A DNA stretch of 64,000 nt from Thecamonas trahens ATCC 50062 (Eukaryota > Protista > Apusomonadida), in the NCBI RefSeq assembly GCF_000142905.1, contig NW_013657663.1:372001-436000 (forward strand), in the 5' to 3' direction. The notes beneath the pieces are model-generated. The model had not been told where the DNA came from and ran no database searches. It saw only the letters and a list, made by a program, of their open reading frames with translations. Position 1 is the first letter of the stretch. Each line of letters opens with the position of its first letter. Below, piece after piece: positions 1 through 11,218 of the stretch. Position numbers and translations under genes: made by a program.

Positions 1-385
1 GCAGCGGACAACGTCGGGCATTGTGTCCATCCAGATTGACACCCATGAGGCGATGAAGACGCCACTCTTTGCGGTCGCCATCCTGCTCGTCCTTGCCTTC
101 CGCATTCGGGACTACCAGGAGATGCGTGACCTGGCCATGTTTTCGGACGACGAGGAGGAAGCACTCGAGCAGACCGCGCGGACCACAGCCCGCGCACCGG
201 GCGGTGCCATGCCCATTGTCCGCAAGGTCTCCCGTGAGTCGTACGTCCACTACCCGGTCCAGGATCCGGGCTCTGCCGACGACCCGCACTCATCCGAGTA
301 CACCTTTGCCACCGACGCCACCATGTCGACCGAGACCACTACCGATGATGGCTCGGGCTCGGGCTCGTCCTCGTCCTCATCGTAG
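1..385 (+). CDS. 3' end of a gene entering from the left edge; one hydrophobic segment followed by an acidic/Ser-rich tail; function unknown
   Basis: Frame is open from base 2 to TAG at 383-385. It has GC3-rich codons and the hydrophobic stretch PLFAVAILLVLAF. Confidence 0.6.
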   Translation, partial: QRTTSGIVSIQIDTHEAMKTPLFAVAILLVLAFRIRDYQEMRDLAMFSDDEEEALEQTARTTARAPGGAMPIVRKVSRESYVHYPVQDPGSADDPHSSEYTFATDATMSTETTTDDGSGSGSSSSSS

Positions 386-405
386 AATGGGCACATGTGA
401 TGCCT

Positions 406-2040
406 TTAAAGTTGCCATGGGCTAGTCAAAGCCCGAGTCCTCCGAGTCCCAGTCTTCGGTCTCGCTCTTCTTCTCGTCGTTCTCCCATGCAATGTCGGCG
501 TACGAAGGCGGTGCGTCAGTGACAGAGTATGCCGGAAGCTCGGGGGCGCTGGCCGCTCCTGAACCAAAAACAGGATCGATGGGATGATCTGTTGGGAGTC
601 GCCCGATCCGACCACCAGCTGGTACGGAACGGTGCCGACGACCTGGCCGAGCGTTGAGAGCGGCGAGCGGAGGAGCATGTACGCGCGCATCTCGGCGAGC
701 AGCGGGTACCCACGGAGCTTGAGAGCAAACGCGAGTTGCTCGCGAATGCGCCGGGCACCGTAGCGGCCCTTGATCGGCTTCCAGCCGCGCTGGATGCGGA
801 GGCCGATGCGTTCAAAATAGTCGGCCATGGAAGTCTTGACGGCGGCCGGGGCCAGCGCAGAGGTGTGTAGCGTGTCGCCGTGGGTGGTCCAGACCGAGAA
901 GGCGCGCGGCGCTGGTTGCGCCACCCCGCTCGGAACCGCTGGCACAAACAGCGTTGCGGTGTTGGCAACAAGCGAGCCGACAATGACACCAAGTGACCAG
1001 CGCTCCTGCAGCAGCTGCCAAATGTGCGGGAGGCTCGACATCAGCATGTGGTTGGTCCAGCTGAGCGGATAGCCGCGGAAGACGAGCTTGTCCTCGCGGC
1101 CCCACTTGCTGCTTGCGTGAGCTTCGCGCTTGACAGCCAGCGGCGGGGTCTCAGCCAGACGCGCGGCGTGCCCCGGGTCAAAGTTGACCACCGACTCGGG
1201 CGTGTAGCCGACAATGTCGGCCGACTCGGCGATAATGCCGGCAAAGATCGGGTGAAACTCATCGGGTGTGCTGGCAGAGAATCTGACGGTATCTGCGGTG
1301 AGCGAGATGGCCATGTAGGGCATCTCCCTCGCTGCATCCGGGTTGTAGCGCACGAGAAAGGTCCGCTCCGTGAGCGGAGTCTCTATCATGAGGCCGACAG
1401 CAGCGGCGGCAGTAAAGACGTCCGCGGCAGCAGTCAAAGACTGCATGGGGTAGCCCTTGAACTTGACCCGCCAGCGCTCATAGACGGGCATGCCGTCCTT
1501 GCCTGCCTTGGCCACGATGCCGTGCTTGTCGAGCGTCCGATGGAAGCGCGGCGCCTTCTGGGCCTTGTACAGCTCAGAGATCCCCACAAACGAGGCGGCG
1601 AGGGCGGTGATTGGTGCAATCGGCCCGCGGCCGGAGAGATACAGCTCATCCGAGCCAAAGGTGAGCACAAAGAGCTCTCCGACCGGCGGCGGAGGGTCGA
1701 GCGCTCCGCGTGGCCAGCAGATGAGCTCCGAGTAGTTGCCAAGAGTGAGGTAGGCGTAGCCGAGGGCAGTCATGGTATCGATGAGCAGGGTCCAGACCAA
1801 GCCTTTGGTGTTCACGTTCATGTAGCCCTTGAACTTAGCGACCGTCCTGAGGGCGGTGGTCATCCCGGCCTTCTTGGTGAACAGATCGCGCTGCAGCAGT
1901 CGCCCGGCATCGACAAAGACTTTCACGATGTGGTCCATGACCTCGGGCGGCGTGGCAGGCGAGAACGCGAGCGAGTCGCCCTGGTACAGGCTGACCACAA
2001 ACATGCCCGGAGACGCCGGAGGCGGGTTAGATGCAGCCAT
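406..2040 (-). CDS. Uncharacterised protein with four internal ~130-aa repeats (hydrophobic strand-D-x-L-x-x-S ... K/F-K/R-GY-P)
   Basis: Part of the 640-aa ORF, with likely ATG at 2040 (MAASNPP). Repeat cores: SLYQGDSLAFS..KFKGYM, TFGSDELYLS..KFKGYPM, SLTADTVRFS..VFRGYPL, TTHGDTLHTS..KLRGYPL. Confidence 0.7.
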   Translation of the reverse strand: MAASNPPPASPGMFVVSLYQGDSLAFSPATPPEVMDHIVKVFVDAGRLLQRDLFTKKAGMTTALRTVAKFKGYMNVNTKGLVWTLLIDTMTALGYAYLTLGNYSELICWPRGALDPPPPVGELFVLTFGSDELYLSGRGPIAPITALAASFVGISELYKAQKAPRFHRTLDKHGIVAKAGKDGMPVYERWRVKFKGYPMQSLTAAADVFTAAAAVGLMIETPLTERTFLVRYNPDAAREMPYMAISLTADTVRFSASTPDEFHPIFAGIIAESADIVGYTPESVVNFDPGHAARLAETPPLAVKREAHASSKWGREDKLVFRGYPLSWTNHMLMSSLPHIWQLLQERWSLGVIVGSLVANTATLFVPAVPSGVAQPAPRAFSVWTTHGDTLHTSALAPAAVKTSMADYFERIGLRIQRGWKPIKGRYGARRIREQLAFALKLRGYPLLAEMRAYMLLRSPLSTLGQVVGTVPYQLVVGSGDSQQIIPSILFLVQERPAPPSFRHTLSLTHRLRTPTLHGRTTRRRARPKTGTRRTRALTSPWQL

Positions 2041-2371
2041 TGCGTGGTCCTGCGAGCGTGGGTGGTCCTGCGAGTGTGGTTGGTCGTGCAGAGAGTGCGG
2101 TCTGTCGAGGCGACGAACACTGTTATTGGAAATGTGTTCGCTTTTGATGGGAAATGGCTGGAAATGGCTTTGGTGGTTCTCGCCACCCAATGGTTGCAAC
2201 TCGCACATGCGAGTGATGTCCTCAGCAATTTGGTTGTGCCAGTGTCCGGCCACCCCCCCACAATCCCACCAAATCGCTGTCACCATCCAATCGCTGCCAG
2301 CCGGAGTAAACGTCACTCCATCAGTCACCCCTCCCCCTCACAGTCCTCTGTCGTGAGACACACGCCCACAC

Positions 2372-3858
2372 ATGGCCGACTACCACGTTGTGGTTGCGGA
2401 AGATCCCGAGGGGCGACTGTATACGCCCGCATCTATGCGGATGAGAAGAGGTCCATCGACGTGGACACAGGATGAGTACACCATGTTTGCTGTCCAGGTA
2501 CGTGGCATGGATGGCTGGGTGGGTAGGGGAGTGAGAGGGGGGGGGGGGGGTGCGTGCTGACGGCACCTGCCGTGGGTTACTGTGGGCCGCAACGCATACC
2601 TCCCAAGGGACCGGAAGTGGCCTTTTCGACAACCGTACACTCCGTACTCGCACAACAGATATGTTATACTTGAAGCATGCTCCACTGCTTGCGAGGTGTT
2701 CTGTCTTTGCTTGGTCCGCCCGGAGTGCCCCCCCCCCCCCCCCCCAAGGCCCTCCATGCCGAACATTGCCGGCAGAAGATCAAACTGCCGAGAGCGAGCG
2801 CGCGTGCCGCAGGGCTGACAGAGCGACTCACCGGAGCGAGGGATGCTGGCGGGCGGGTGCGTGGACGACAGCAACGTATCGGGCTGGGGAAGAAGCCACG
2901 GAGAGTCACAATTCGGGTCTCGCCCAACGACTTGGCAATTCTGGACCCGAGCGATGATGACAAGGTCATCTCGACCCATCCGTTCACCGCCATCCGGACG
3001 TACCAGGCCGACACGGCTCGGCACTCGTTTGCCTGGCAGGAGGTCTCGGGCTCGGACGATGTAGTCCATGAAGTGTACTTGCCGGATCCCAAGCGCCTGC
3101 ATGTGTTTGTGACTGATACCGTTCGCGCGCTCGCGCGCAAGATCCAGATGGAGAAACAGGCGCGCAAGGCGCGCAAGGTCGCCGAGCAGCACCAAAAGGA
3201 GCGCGAGGAGGCACTAGCCGCTGCCCATCCGCCACCGCTCGAGCCGCCGCCACCGCCATCGAGCACTGCGACTCGCAAGCGGACTATCTCGTCGTCCAAG
3301 CATGCGTCGGCTGCGACCGAGGCCATGCTCGAGGGCCTCATCCGCAACGCGTCGGGTGACATCAACCCGTCGCTCTCACCGATGGCGACCCACTCGGGCC
3401 TCCGCGAGCGACGCAACTCGCTGGCGGACCTCCTTGCCCGGCGCCCGTCCAAGCCGGACCTGATGGGCTCGTCAGTGATGCAGTCACCGCCGGCCGATGC
3501 GCCCATTCTTCCGTCAGACGTGCTGGAAGCGCGTGTAGCCGCAGGCGAGCCCGTTCCGCGGTCGCCTCGTCCGCGCCTGGCTGGATCACCGCGCGGCACA
3601 ACCGCCACCGGCTCGCCGCTCATGCGCGCACTCTCGGTGACCAAGCTCGAAGCCAAGCTCCAGCGGCGGCCGTCGTTGGAGGAGATGTCAGAGCGAGGCC
3701 TCATCCGCCACGAGTCCGAGGACGAGGTCCGGCAGTTCAACCGCGAACGCCGCTCGTCGATCTCCGACCATCTCCGGCGCCGTCCATCGGTCGACCAGCT
3801 TGTGGAAGCGTCGATCCTCGACGACGACGACGCCTTCTTTGCTGCTCTCCGCAGCTGA
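2372..3858 (+). CDS. PH/PTB-like domain plus three RPEL (G-actin-binding) repeats; join(2372..2497,2872..3858)
   Basis: Donor CAG|GTACGT at 2498 and acceptor ACAG at 2871 give a phase-0 join in frame. RPEL motifs: LADLLARRPSKPDL, LEAKLQRRPSLEEMSERGLI, ISDHLRRRPSVDQLVEASIL. Confidence 0.75.
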
Positions 3859-4039
3859 CGACACCCACCCGCCCACCGCCCACCCATCCCTACTCTGCTC
3901 ATCACATGGTCCGGCAGTAACAAGCTGCAAAATCAAGCAAAGCTACCTGCCTCTGCTGTCGAGCCACCCTCCGGTGTCTGTCGGCCACCACAGCCGCCGG
4001 CCGGCCACCTCCCCTCCACCTGGCGACCCACTCCACTCG

Positions 4040-4080
<41 letters not shown>

Positions 4081-4104
4081 CACTCCGCTCCCCTCTCCTC
4101 CACC

Positions 4105-6724
4105 ATGGCCAGTCCCGAGCCTCCAAGCAGTCGACTGAGTGTGCCCGGGTGGCCAGAGCACGGGACAGAAGACACGGACGAGGGCGGGCGGCAGGCCCGT
4201 CGCATGCTCCGAGCCTCCTCGGACCTCCTGGCCACCCCGGACCTCAGCGTCGTCGACTACATCAACACAGTCTTCCCTGACCGTACGAACCAGCTTCTCC
4301 ATGTGTGACCCCACTACCCCTCCTTGCCGTCTACTCACTAGCCCCCGCCTTCTTCCTCACAGAGGCCTCGCTCCAATACCTGCCTAAGGTCACGTCGCGG
4401 GTCCAGTTTCGGCTGCGGGAGCTGGAGGCGCAGATCAACTCGACGGTGCGGGAGCAGGCGACGGCCGGGACAAGTCGCGGGAGCATCTGAGTGCCGCCAA
4501 GAAGGCCATCTCCGAGCTCTTTACCAAGATCGCTGAGATCAAGGCCAAGGCTGCAGAGTCCGAGGCCATGGTCCAATCCATCTGCGCCGACATCAAGATT
4601 CTGGACACGGCCAAGTGCAACTTGTCCAAGACCATCTCGCTCTTACATCGTCTGCGGATGATGGTCAAAGGCGTCGACCAGCTGGAGCGGGCTCGCGAGC
4701 GCGGCGACTTTGCTGAGGTCGCCCAGTTGCTCAAAGCCGTCACCTCGCTCTCGTCCGACTTTGAGAGCTACGGGCACATTGCCAAGATCCGTGAGATGCA
4801 GCAGAACATTGCCGCTATTCGCGGCGAGCTCAAGGGCCAGATGCTGGCAGACTTTGAGGATCTTGGCGCACGGATCAACGAGGGCAACCGCCCTGCGTAT
4901 GCTGCACGCACGGCAGTGGTGGCTGCGCTCGGCGACTCGGTCGTGTCGTCGCTCGTCGACGCCTTTGTCGGCGCCATGGTCGGGACGTACGAGGCCGAGT
5001 TTGGTCGCGAGGGCGGGCCAAACTGGAGTCTCGAGTCGTCAGACGCTCGCTTCACCTGGCTAGTCAAGGCCATGCGCTCGTTTGACGACACGTACGCCGG
5101 CGTCTTCCCCGACTCGTGGCGGGTGGCCGAAAAGGTGGCCATCGGATTCTGCGAGATGACCTGCGAGCACCTCCGCTCGATTCTCGAGGGCCAGCAGGAC
5201 AACCTCAACGTGCCCGAGTTCTTGCGGGTTGTCCAGTCGACGCTCGACGTCGAGATGAAGCTCGCCGCCAAGTTCAAGGTCGAGCGTGTGGCGGCCGCGC
5301 CCGGTCGCGCCGTCACCGGCGACGGTTCGCTCTCGTCCATGCTCTCGGTTGAGGAGCCCGAAGTCGGCGGCCTCTCTGAGTCTGAGGCGCTCAAGCTCAA
5401 GTACAAGCGGTACCGGGCGTCGCGCCACGAGGCCGAGGAGCCTGCAGGTGGCAGCAGCTCGTCGGGTGCACCGGCAGTGTCGTACGAAGACAACGCGCTG
5501 TTCAAGGGCATCATCTCGCGCTCGTTCGAGCCGTACATGAACCACTACATCGCGGTGGAGGACAAGAACCTTGCCGAGATGATGGAGCGGTTTGTGGCGC
5601 AGAACGCGTGGTACCCCGAGGACGAGCACTCGAACATTTTGACCTCGGCCACCGACCTCGTCTTTTACTTCCGCAAGTCGCTCATGCGGTGCTCGTCAAT
5701 TTCCAAGGGCCAGGCCCTGTTTGACCTGTACAAGACCTTCCGCAAGTACCTTGTGCGGTACACCGAGCTCCTAGTCGAGCAGCTGCCCAAGGGCAAGGTC
5801 ATCGGCGAAGCCAGATCGTACGACGGCATCAAGGTCCGTCTCTCGCCCACGCTGGTCATCAACATCACCAACATCATCCACACTGCCGTCTACGTCCAGC
5901 AGCAGATCGAGGCGCTGCAGGAGACGCTCGCCCGCAAGATTGCGCGGGTCTTCTCGGACCACATCGACTTTGGCGCCGAGACCCGCGAGTACACCGCTCT
6001 CATCGGCAAGGCCGTCCTCGTCCTCGTCATCGGCACGCTTACTGTTGTCCGCTCGCAAGCGCTCGAGCCGATGACTAAGCTTGGATGGGGAGCGTGGACC
6101 GGCATGACCGAGAACCCGCCGCACCTTGTTGCGCTCGGCGCCGCGCTGGCTGACGACGTCCCGCAGTTCCGCGACCTTCTTCCAGACGTCTACTTTCGGC
6201 GGTACTGCGACAAGCTCGTCGTCCTTCTCGTCCAGGCCTTCCGCGACACCGTGCTCCTCCTCGGCCGCATCGCCGACGAGGGCTCAGACCAACTGCTGCT
6301 CGACTCGCAGACGCTGCGCGCCCTTCTCCTCGAGCTTCCCAACCTCGCCGCGGAGCCGCGGCCCATTCCGCGCGGATTTGTCCGTGTCGTCAACAAGGAG
6401 CTCGACAAGCTTGATGCCGTTCTCAAGGTGCTCAAGACGCCGCCCGAGGCCATGGTCGACATGTACACCGCCTCGGTCCCGTCCGGTAACGCCTCGCAGC
6501 TCCGCAAGATCTTTGAGGCCAAGGGCCTCAAAAAGTCGCAGATCAACGCGTACATGGCTCTCTACACCGGCCCGCCAGGCGATGTCGACGCTCCTGACGA
6601 CGACCTCCCGTCCGAAGACGACCCTGCTGGCACCTCGGCTGCTGCCAGCGAGTCCTCCTCCCGCACCGCCCGCCTTGGTCGCAAGCTCCTTGGCCGCTTT
6701 GGCCGCGAGAAGGGGAAAGAGTAG
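4105..6724 (+). CDS. VPS53: Vps53, GARP/EARP tethering complex subunit; intron 4283..4362; apparent -1 frameshift at GGG 4467-4469
   Basis: VDYINTVFPDQASL, AISELFTKIAEIKAKAAESEAMVQSICADIKILDTAKCNL, FKGIISRSFEPYM and LTSATDLVFYFRKSL match Vps53 motifs. Intron is GTACGA...CTACTCAC...CACAG. Confidence 0.9.
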
Positions 6725-6913
6725 TAGTTGGCGAGCCCCGATCAACATCAACGTGATTGAACAAAAAGGCCACGACCGTACAAAAGTCGATCATGTCTTT
6801 ATCGGACCACTCTCCGCCGTCCCCACCACCACTCGGCCGCCACCGACCCGCCGCTGCCCTTGACTCGCCAGCCGCCTGCCGCCAGAGACACACACCCAAC
6901 ACCGTTTGCAGCC

Positions 6914-7017
6914 ATGGCCACCCATGGCATATCCTACACCGAGCTCATGGCCGAGTACAACGACGTCATGGGCGAGCTGAAGAAGTACGCCCTCCCCCTC
7001 CCCTCTCCCCTCTCCCC

Positions 7018-7052
<35 letters not shown>

Positions 7053-8109
7053 TTCCCACTCACCCCCCCCCCTCACCTCTCACCGCCACAGACGAAACGT
7101 CAAGCCGGCCGCCATCTCAGAGGCAGCAGGACGGCTGGAGGTTCTAGCACGACGTGTAGGAGCGGCTCGAACGGGGGCACCATATCTGGCTATGGTGCTC
7201 AAGGCTTTAGCAAAATGTGAGGCAGCGCTGGGATCTGGGGCGCAGGAGGCGGCGGCGTATGTGACGGGCGGCGTCGAGCTGTGGAGGCATGTGACGGATG
7301 CGGCGAGGCGACGGGTTGGATCGGTGGACTCGATGGCCTTGGATGCCTTTGAGCTGTACTCGGCCGCCATCTCCATCTACGTCTCGGCCCGCAAACACGC
7401 CCTGGCCGCCGCCCTCTTCCTCGACATGGCGTTTCAGGTCCACACCCTTGGCGAGCACGATGAGGCTCTCGGGCTACTGGCCAAGGCTGCCGATATGGTC
7501 TCGCGCTCGCTGCCGGTTGGCGAAACACTCAGCTTTGCCGTCATCGAGTGTGAGAACGTCCAGGTCGACCTACTGGTTGCCGCTGGCGAGTACGAGCTCG
7601 CGGCGGCCAAGCTCGACAACCTGGTGGCTTTGCTCCTGGCGCCCAGCTCGGTCCTTGATGCTCCGCTCAAGGGTGCGGCGCTCAACGCTGGTGGCGCGGC
7701 GTTGCCAGCGGCTGAAGCTGCACCGCGGGTGGCTGCGCTTGTCCGCGGTTCGGCGTCGACGCCGTCGCTCTTCTCGGCGGCCTCCAGCAACGCACTGAGC
7801 GTGGAGGCCCTTGACTTTTACTCGCTCACTCTCGTCGATGCCTACATCGCAAGGGTCCTCCTCTCGCTGCTGGTTGGCGACACGGCGTCGATTGCCGGCC
7901 TTATCGAGGCCGTTGTCATTCTCTCCGACTCGGCGTGCGTCGACCCGGTCGTAGCCGACCTCCTCGACTCGCTCGCCCGCGCTCTCGACGAGAGCAATGT
8001 CGCAAACATGCGCCTCCTTGCTGCCGAGCTCTGGCCCATGCTCAACGAGAGCCACGTCCGCCTACTCTCGGAGTTTGGCAAGGTCCACGGCCTGGTGCTC
8101 GGCTCATGA
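6914..8109 (+). CDS. F8A1: HAP40 / F8A1 (40-kDa huntingtin-associated protein) homolog; join(6914..6984,7092..8109)
   Basis: Spliced N-terminus ELMAEYNDVMGELKKRNVKPAAISEA..PYLAMVLKALAKCEAALG and C-terminus LLDSLARALDE..LAAELWPML resemble HAP40. Phase-2 intron GTACGC..CACAG. Confidence 0.8.
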
Positions 8110-9776
8110 CTCGGGTTCGGGCGCCAACCACGCTCCGACCGACTTGATCGCGGTCCGCGCCTCGCGTGAGCTCACCGCCATGTTGAGGAAGCCGTGCGGG
8201 GTACCCGCCAGCCGCTCAAAGGCGGCTACTTTGCCGCCGCCGGCAGCCACGGTGTCCACAAACGCTACCGAGTCGTCGAGCAGCGGATCGCACTCGCCGC
8301 ACACCACGTACTTTCGGCTGGCCATGTCAGCCGACGCCAGTAGCCACGCCGGCGCCGCCAGTGGTGAAATTAGCGGGTGCGTCGCAGACACCGCCCGCAA
8401 CGTCGTGGGCACGTACGCTGTGTGGATGAGAGGGTTGAGCTCAGCTGGCAAGAGCGGATCGAGAGCAAGTGCCGCCCCCATGAGCCCGGCCCGTTGCCGT
8501 GCCCGGACCAGCGAGGGATAGATGAGCACAAGCGCGTCGATGGCTGGCAGCTCGCCGGCGAACGCCGTGTAGTCGCGAAGGACTGATGCGGTCGGACCCA
8601 GCTCCAGCATGAGTGCAGCATCGGCCTCGGGCTCACCGCGGGCGCGGCCACGCGCAGCAGCCACCAGCAGGCCGAGCGCTGCTGCAAGATTGCCTCCGGC
8701 TGAGTCGCCGACTACAGATATCGGAGCCGTCGAGCAGGAAGCGGCGATGGCATACAGCGCAAAGGCGTCGTTGAGCGCAAGCGGGAATGGCGCCTCGGGC
8801 GCAAGTGGGTAGTCCAGCGAGATAAAGAGCGTGCGCTCCATGCCTGGTGCCCTTGCCCAAGTCTTGAGGTAGTCTGCATGATCGGCTGGCGACATGGCCA
8901 CAAACCCGCCGCCATGCAGATGGATGACCAGCCGATAGGCGACTGTCTCACCTGCCGCCAGCGCCGCCACTGCCGCCGCCACCTCGACAGCATCGCCCTG
9001 GGCCACGACCAGAACCGGGAGGACTCTGTCTGATGCCGCCGCCGCCAACTGAGCCTCCACCGCTACCACCTCCGGACCACGCGAGCGCGGCTTGAGCTTT
9101 GTCAGACTGCGGATGATAACTGATGCGCCCGGCCCGGACCAGAGAGCGCGGATGGTGGCTGCAGCGAGGACAGGCGGCACGTTGTCAAGATCAGCATACG
9201 CCCGGCGGACAGCAGAGGCAGCTGCTGCCGGAAAGCATGCGTAGAAGGCCACCATGGGGAGCATGGCCAGCTCGAGGAGCAGCCGCGGGAGGATGTCAGC
9301 GGCGAGGGCCGCACCAGGCAGAGAGCAGGCGAACAGCATGGCGCCGTGGAGGGCAAGAAGCAGCCGCAGAGTGATCCGGTACGAGCCCAGCAGGCCGCTC
9401 CACACCACCTCAAACGGGAGCACTGTCGAGCGTGTCGTCGCCTGCGCCTGCGACTGTGTCATGATGACAATGGCAACAATATCACGAGAGGTGGCCCACT
9501 GTTGTTGTGTAGACCAGGAATGGCGGTACCAGTCATCAGCCATGCTGACTTGGTAGTCAGCGCGATGCGACGCCACAAAACGCGCGACGCTCACAACGAT
9601 CCATAGCCAAGACCTGTGAGACGAGGGATGATAGAAGAGAGGGAGATGGGGGAGGGAGGGGGGGGGCTCAAAGGCCGAGAAATTGCCTCTGACTGCGCCT
9701 TGCGGCGAACCGCAAGTGAGCCAGAGGGGTGCGTTGTCTATTGGGAGACGGCATCAGGGGCCTACGTTACGATCAT
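8104..9776 (-). CDS. Hormone-sensitive-lipase-like alpha/beta hydrolase (Abhydrolase_3); main exon 9613..8104, possible 11-nt first coding exon 9776..9766
   Basis: HGGGF oxyanion motif, GDSAGG nucleophile elbow, DPLLDDS and HGF. Acceptor CTCACAG at 9614. The first exon is tentative. Confidence 0.85.
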
Positions 9777-10044
9777 TGGCTCCCTGGAGCTGCCCCAGAC
9801 GAAGGACGACTTGTTGTTGATGAGCAGAGAAAAACGAGCCGTCTTGACCTGGGTCCGCCCAACGACAGGCCGCTCGCCAAATGGGTTTGCTCTTCCGACT
9901 CGCACGCGAGAGGTTATGCGCAGGTCACGCGGACGAGCGTCGGTCGGGCAGAAGGCCCTGCGACGACCACGTGACAGTGGCGACCAGAGGGAGCGATAGA
10001 GGCGAAGTCGGGCAAGGCACACCTCACTCCATCCACACCTCAAC

Positions 10045-11162
10045 ATGCATACTGTTGCTGCTGTGGCTGTTGTGGCCATTGTTGCCTCTGTGCTCTGTGT
10101 GTCGGTGACGGCTCGGCCGACGCCGCCTGCCTTTTGCCAGGACCCGCCCTCGCTGCACTTCTGCTCTGTTCTTCCCGGCCAGGGCGTGCCTCTTCCTGCG
10201 CCCATTTCTGATGATGACACGGTCGATGTCTGGGTTCTCCAGGCTCCTGTCTGGGAGTTCATCCCTCTCCTTGGCAACATCACCAAGGAGCTCAAGCTCA
10301 TCCACACAGCCATCGGGCTCGTCGTCAACTCGACCGGCGCAGAGTACTCGTTTGAGGCCGAGGGCCTCTTCGAGTCGCCCAACGTACGCCCTCTCCAACC
10401 ATCATCCCCTCACCCTCGCCCCCTCCACCCCCTCACCCCCCTCGTATCCGTACTCACTCTTGTCTCTCTGTCTCTCAATCTCTACAGGCTTCGTTCCCGT
10501 ACATCGTCACCAACGCGTCAGCGCCCAACGGCAAGGAGCTCATCCAGTGCGATGCTGGCGGTGTGTGCTGGGACGCCGGCATCGACTGGGACTACTACAC
10601 TGAGGACAAGATCAAGTTGGGCACCATCAACGGGACGGTCTTCAACAAGCTCATGAAGTGGATTCCCATGGACAACGACACGTACTCGATCACCTACGAG
10701 ACGTTCCGCGTCATGTCCGAGTGGGACAACGGCGATGGCAAGGTCTACTTTGAGTCATACACCTGCGATGACTATGCTTGGCGAGTCCTCGGCCTCCTCA
10801 AGACTTGGGGCGCCGACTTTGCTGATGTGGCCCCGGCCCGCGTCTACCTCAACTTCTACGTCGGCGACAACGCGCCGACCAAGGTCGACCAGAACGATCC
10901 GGCTTCCATGGCCAAGGTCATCGACTACTTTGAGCAGTACAACATTCTTGAGCGCGGCAACGAGTGCGCAAAGTCCAAGACAGTCGTCGACAAGGCCGTC
11001 TGCGCCTTTGAGGTCCTCGAGAAGACCTTTGAGTGGCTCGAGAACTCAAAGTACATCATCTACTTTGGCGAAATCTACTGGCTCGACCAGGTGCCCAACG
11101 CCGAGGGTCTCTCCTTTGACTGGAAGTACGTTCCGACGCCCATCACCCCGGTCGCAGCCTAG
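10045..11162 (+). CDS. CLN5: CLN5 homolog (secreted/lysosomal, permuted NlpC/P60 fold); join(10045..10383,10488..11162)
   Basis: Signal peptide. DDDTVDVWVLQAPVWEF, IHTAIG, GTINGTVFNKLMKW, YETFRV and FESYTCDD match CLN5. Intron is GTACGC..TACTCAC..CTACAG. Confidence 0.9.
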
Positions 11163-11218
11163 TTGATCTCATCCCACCTACATCAAACACGTTTCGTCCT
11201 CATGCTTGCTTTCACTGT

